From Scenedesmus sp. PABB004 (taxonomy: Eukaryota), in contig JABVCE010000007.1 in NCBI GenBank assembly GCA_014905635.1, forward strand, positions 1,485,821 to 1,505,820: DNA of 20,000 bases. Reading direction: 5' to 3'. Below, piece after piece: positions 17,600 to 20,000 of the stretch. The notes below the pieces were generated by a model. It searched no databases. It was not told the DNA's origin and saw only the letters and a list, made by a program, of their open reading frames with translations. A program made the position numbers and the translations under genes. Each line of letters opens with the position of its first letter. Position 1 is the stretch's first letter.

Positions 17600-19742
17600 G
17601 CGGCGCCGCCGCGGGCTCGCGGGCGACTCGCCCGCCTGCCAGCCGGGGGCGAAGCCGCGGTTCGCCTCGCTCCAGGTGCCCAGCCCCGGCCGCTGTGAGC
17701 GCCTCGGGCCGCCCGCGGCGGCCTCCGCGGCGACCTCGTTGCCCCGCTGCCCCGGCGCGCTGCGCGCGCGCGCTGCGGCGCGCTCGCCGCCGCCGCCGGC
17801 GCGCGCGCGCCGCCGCACCAGTCCGGGCTGCGCGAGCGCGCCGCCACCGGCGCGCCGGCGCTCGCGCGCCGGCGCGACGCGCTGCGCGAGCGCTCCGCGG
17901 CGGCGCGCGCCGCCGCCGCCAGCCCGCTCGCACCGCCGCGCCGCCGCGCCGCGTGGCCGGAGCTCTCCGCGGCGTCGCCTGCCGCCGCCGCTGACGCGCC
18001 AGCGCCGCCCTGCTGCCGCGGCACGCTGCGCGGGCGTGCCGCGGGGGGCGCGCGCCGCCGCCGCGGCGGCGCGGCGTCGGCTGCCGTCCGCACCAGCGGG
18101 CCGCGCGCTGCCGCGGGGCTGGCCTCGGCCCCCGCCGCCGCCGCTGCCGCCTCCGCCGCCGCCGACTGCGCCGCGCAAGCCGGCCCGGCCTCGGCGCGCG
18201 CCGCCGCGGCGGCACCGGGCCCAGGCCCGCCCTCGTCGTCCGTGCCGTACCCTGCGTCTGGCGGCAGGCCGAAACGGCGGCGCAGCCACGCGCGCCGCGC
18301 GGGCCAGGCGCACGCACCGCCGACGGGGTCCGGCAGGCTCTGTCGCATGGCCGCCCAGTACTCCTCGCGCAGCCGCTCGCAGTCGCTGCCGCCCAGGTCG
18401 CCGCCGCCCCATTCCTCGCAGGCGCTCCTGGCCGCAGCGATCAGGTCGTCCGCGTCCGGCCCGTCACACCAGGCCCGGAACGCGGTGCTGCGTGCCGTGC
18501 TGCCCCCTGCGGTGCGCTGCTCGCGCGGCGCCGCGCCGCGCCGCGCGCCCGCGCGCCGCGGTGGCCGCGCCGCGCGCCGCCGCGCCCCCTCGCCGCGGGC
18601 GGGCGGGCTGCCAGCGGGCTGCTCCCCACCGCCGCCGTCTGCGTCCACCTGCATCGGGTCGCACCCGCCGGGCAGCGTCCCGGCGCCGGGCAGCTGCGTC
18701 GCGGCCGCCGCTGCCGCGGGCTCCGACGCGGCCGCTCGTCCAGCTCCATCGCCGCCGGCCCGATCCTTGCCGCCGCGTCGCCGGCACCGCCGCCGGGCAG
18801 GTCCTGCGGCTGCCGCTGCTGCTGCCGCTGCTGACCCTGCTCCATCGCCGCGGGGCGGCCCCTGGCCGCCTCGCCCGCGGCGCCCGCGCCGCGCCGCCGG
18901 CTCGCGCGCCGCCAGCGCGCGCCGCACCTGCGCCCGGCACGCCCTGCGCGGGCGGCGGCGCCACGGGGGCGCGGGCGCGCGGGCCTGCGCACGCTGCGGC
19001 GCAGCCTCGGCCCCTCCGCGTCCGCCTCCAGCCGCGCCAGCGCCCGCTCGTAGGTCTGCTCGCTCGCACGCCAGCCGCGCCACTCGCGCCCGCGCGGCCG
19101 GCGACGTAGACGCGCACGCGCCGGCCGTCGGACACAAAGTCGTCTGGCAGGCGCTGAGCATGGCTCGCGCGCCGGCGGCGTCCGCACGTACGCGACGAGC
19201 GTGTCCGCGCAGGGCAGCGCCGCCGGCGCGTCGCCGAACGCGCTGCTGCAGCCCCAGTGCTCGGACACCGCCGAGGTCAGGGCCGTAACCCGCGGCGACC
19301 AGCAGGGCGGCCATGACGCCCTGGCCGCGCTCCCACAGGTCCTCCGCAGCCCCTGCACCAGCACCTTGACGGTGCCGGCCGGCGCGGCCGTCCTGCCCCA
19401 TGCCGCCGCACCGCGCAGCCGCCGAGCTCAGCACGCCCGCGGCGCGACCGCAGCCGCCGCGGCGGCGACTGCTCGTCCGGCTTGACGCGCGATCGCGACG
19501 GTGGCCCCGGGGGTGCGCTGCCCGTCGCGGCGCACGTGGTGTAGCCGGCCGCCAGGGGAGCGGCTGCCCGCCCTGCACCAGCAGCTGCCCGAGCTGCGCG
19601 ACGCCGCGCACGCCCGCCTGGAAGTGCGCGGCGCGGCTCGCCTCCCGCTGCGCGCGCCGTGCGGCCGGAAGGCTGCACGGCCTGCCCCAGCGAGAGCACG
19701 ACCGCGCGCCGGGTCGCCGCCCGGCCCGAGAGCCGGCGCCAT
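17600..19742 (-). CDS. Putative L1 ORF1 (frameshifted; boundaries approximate)
   Basis: Lies directly upstream of ORF2 on the same strand. Protein-like segments occur in shifting frames (AAHFQAGVRGVAQLGQLLV; GVMAALLVAAGYG; ADTLVAYVRTPP; DGRRVRVYVAGR; FRAWCDGPDADDLIAAARSACEEW...LREEYWAAM...WLRRRFGL). Candidate ATG at 19742. Confidence 0.55.
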
Positions 19743-20000
19743 GGGATGGGCGCCCGCTGCGGCGGTCCCGCAGCAGCCGGGCCGGGGCAGGAGCCAGACG
19801 GGGCCCGAGGGGCCCGCAACGGCCCCCTCCGGGCCGGCCGACAGGGCCCCGCGGCCCCACGGGCCAGCGCGGGGCCGCCCGCTGCTGCCCGTCGCCGGGG
19901 GGCGCCGCCAAAGCCGGGCTGCGCCGGCCGGCGCGCCCCCGCGCCCAGAAAGCCCGCCCCGCGGCCAAACTGGGCCGCGGGCAGGCCCGCGGGCGCCTGC

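Larger units (their letters stand above)
11843..20000 (-). mobile_element. L1-clade LINE copy B, near full length (5' UTR, ORF1, ORF2, 3' UTR, poly(A)); 5' end at or beyond the right edge
   Basis: Poly-T21 at 11843-11863, TTACA at 11865-11869, APE-RT-CCHC ORF2, and an upstream ORF1-like coding region. Confidence 0.93.

Noticed and set aside
12978..19288. Long + strand ORFs (768, 477, 348 aa and others)
   Set aside because: They are antisense shadows of GC-rich L1 ORF1/ORF2 with no recognisable motifs.

Overview
This is very GC-rich eukaryotic nuclear DNA with short GT-AG introns and TGTAA poly(A) signals, most consistent with a chlorophyte green alga (inference). The left 3.6 kb holds two divergent RING-finger genes: an RNF121/RNF175-like membrane E3 ligase (- strand, spliced, runs off the left edge) and an RNF32-like RING-IQ-RING gene (+ strand). 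From 3665 to the right edge is one nested stack of mobile DNA. (1) A ~17-copy 171-172 bp tandem array whose left end carries a retroposon-like 3' end (TGTAA followed by a (TATCTT)n tail on the - strand). (2) A complete 3274-bp hAT transposon with an 8-bp TSD and an intact 7-exon transposase, inserted in the array's first unit. (3) Three abutting pieces of one L1-clade LINE family: a ~293-bp sense 3'-UTR fragment, a 1.6-kb antisense 3' portion and a >8-kb near full-length antisense copy. Each LINE poly(A) tail abuts sequence of the same family, suggesting Zepp-like self-targeted insertion and creating a ~294-bp inverted repeat. Most long ORFs in the supplied track are artefacts of GC-rich or repeat sequence.
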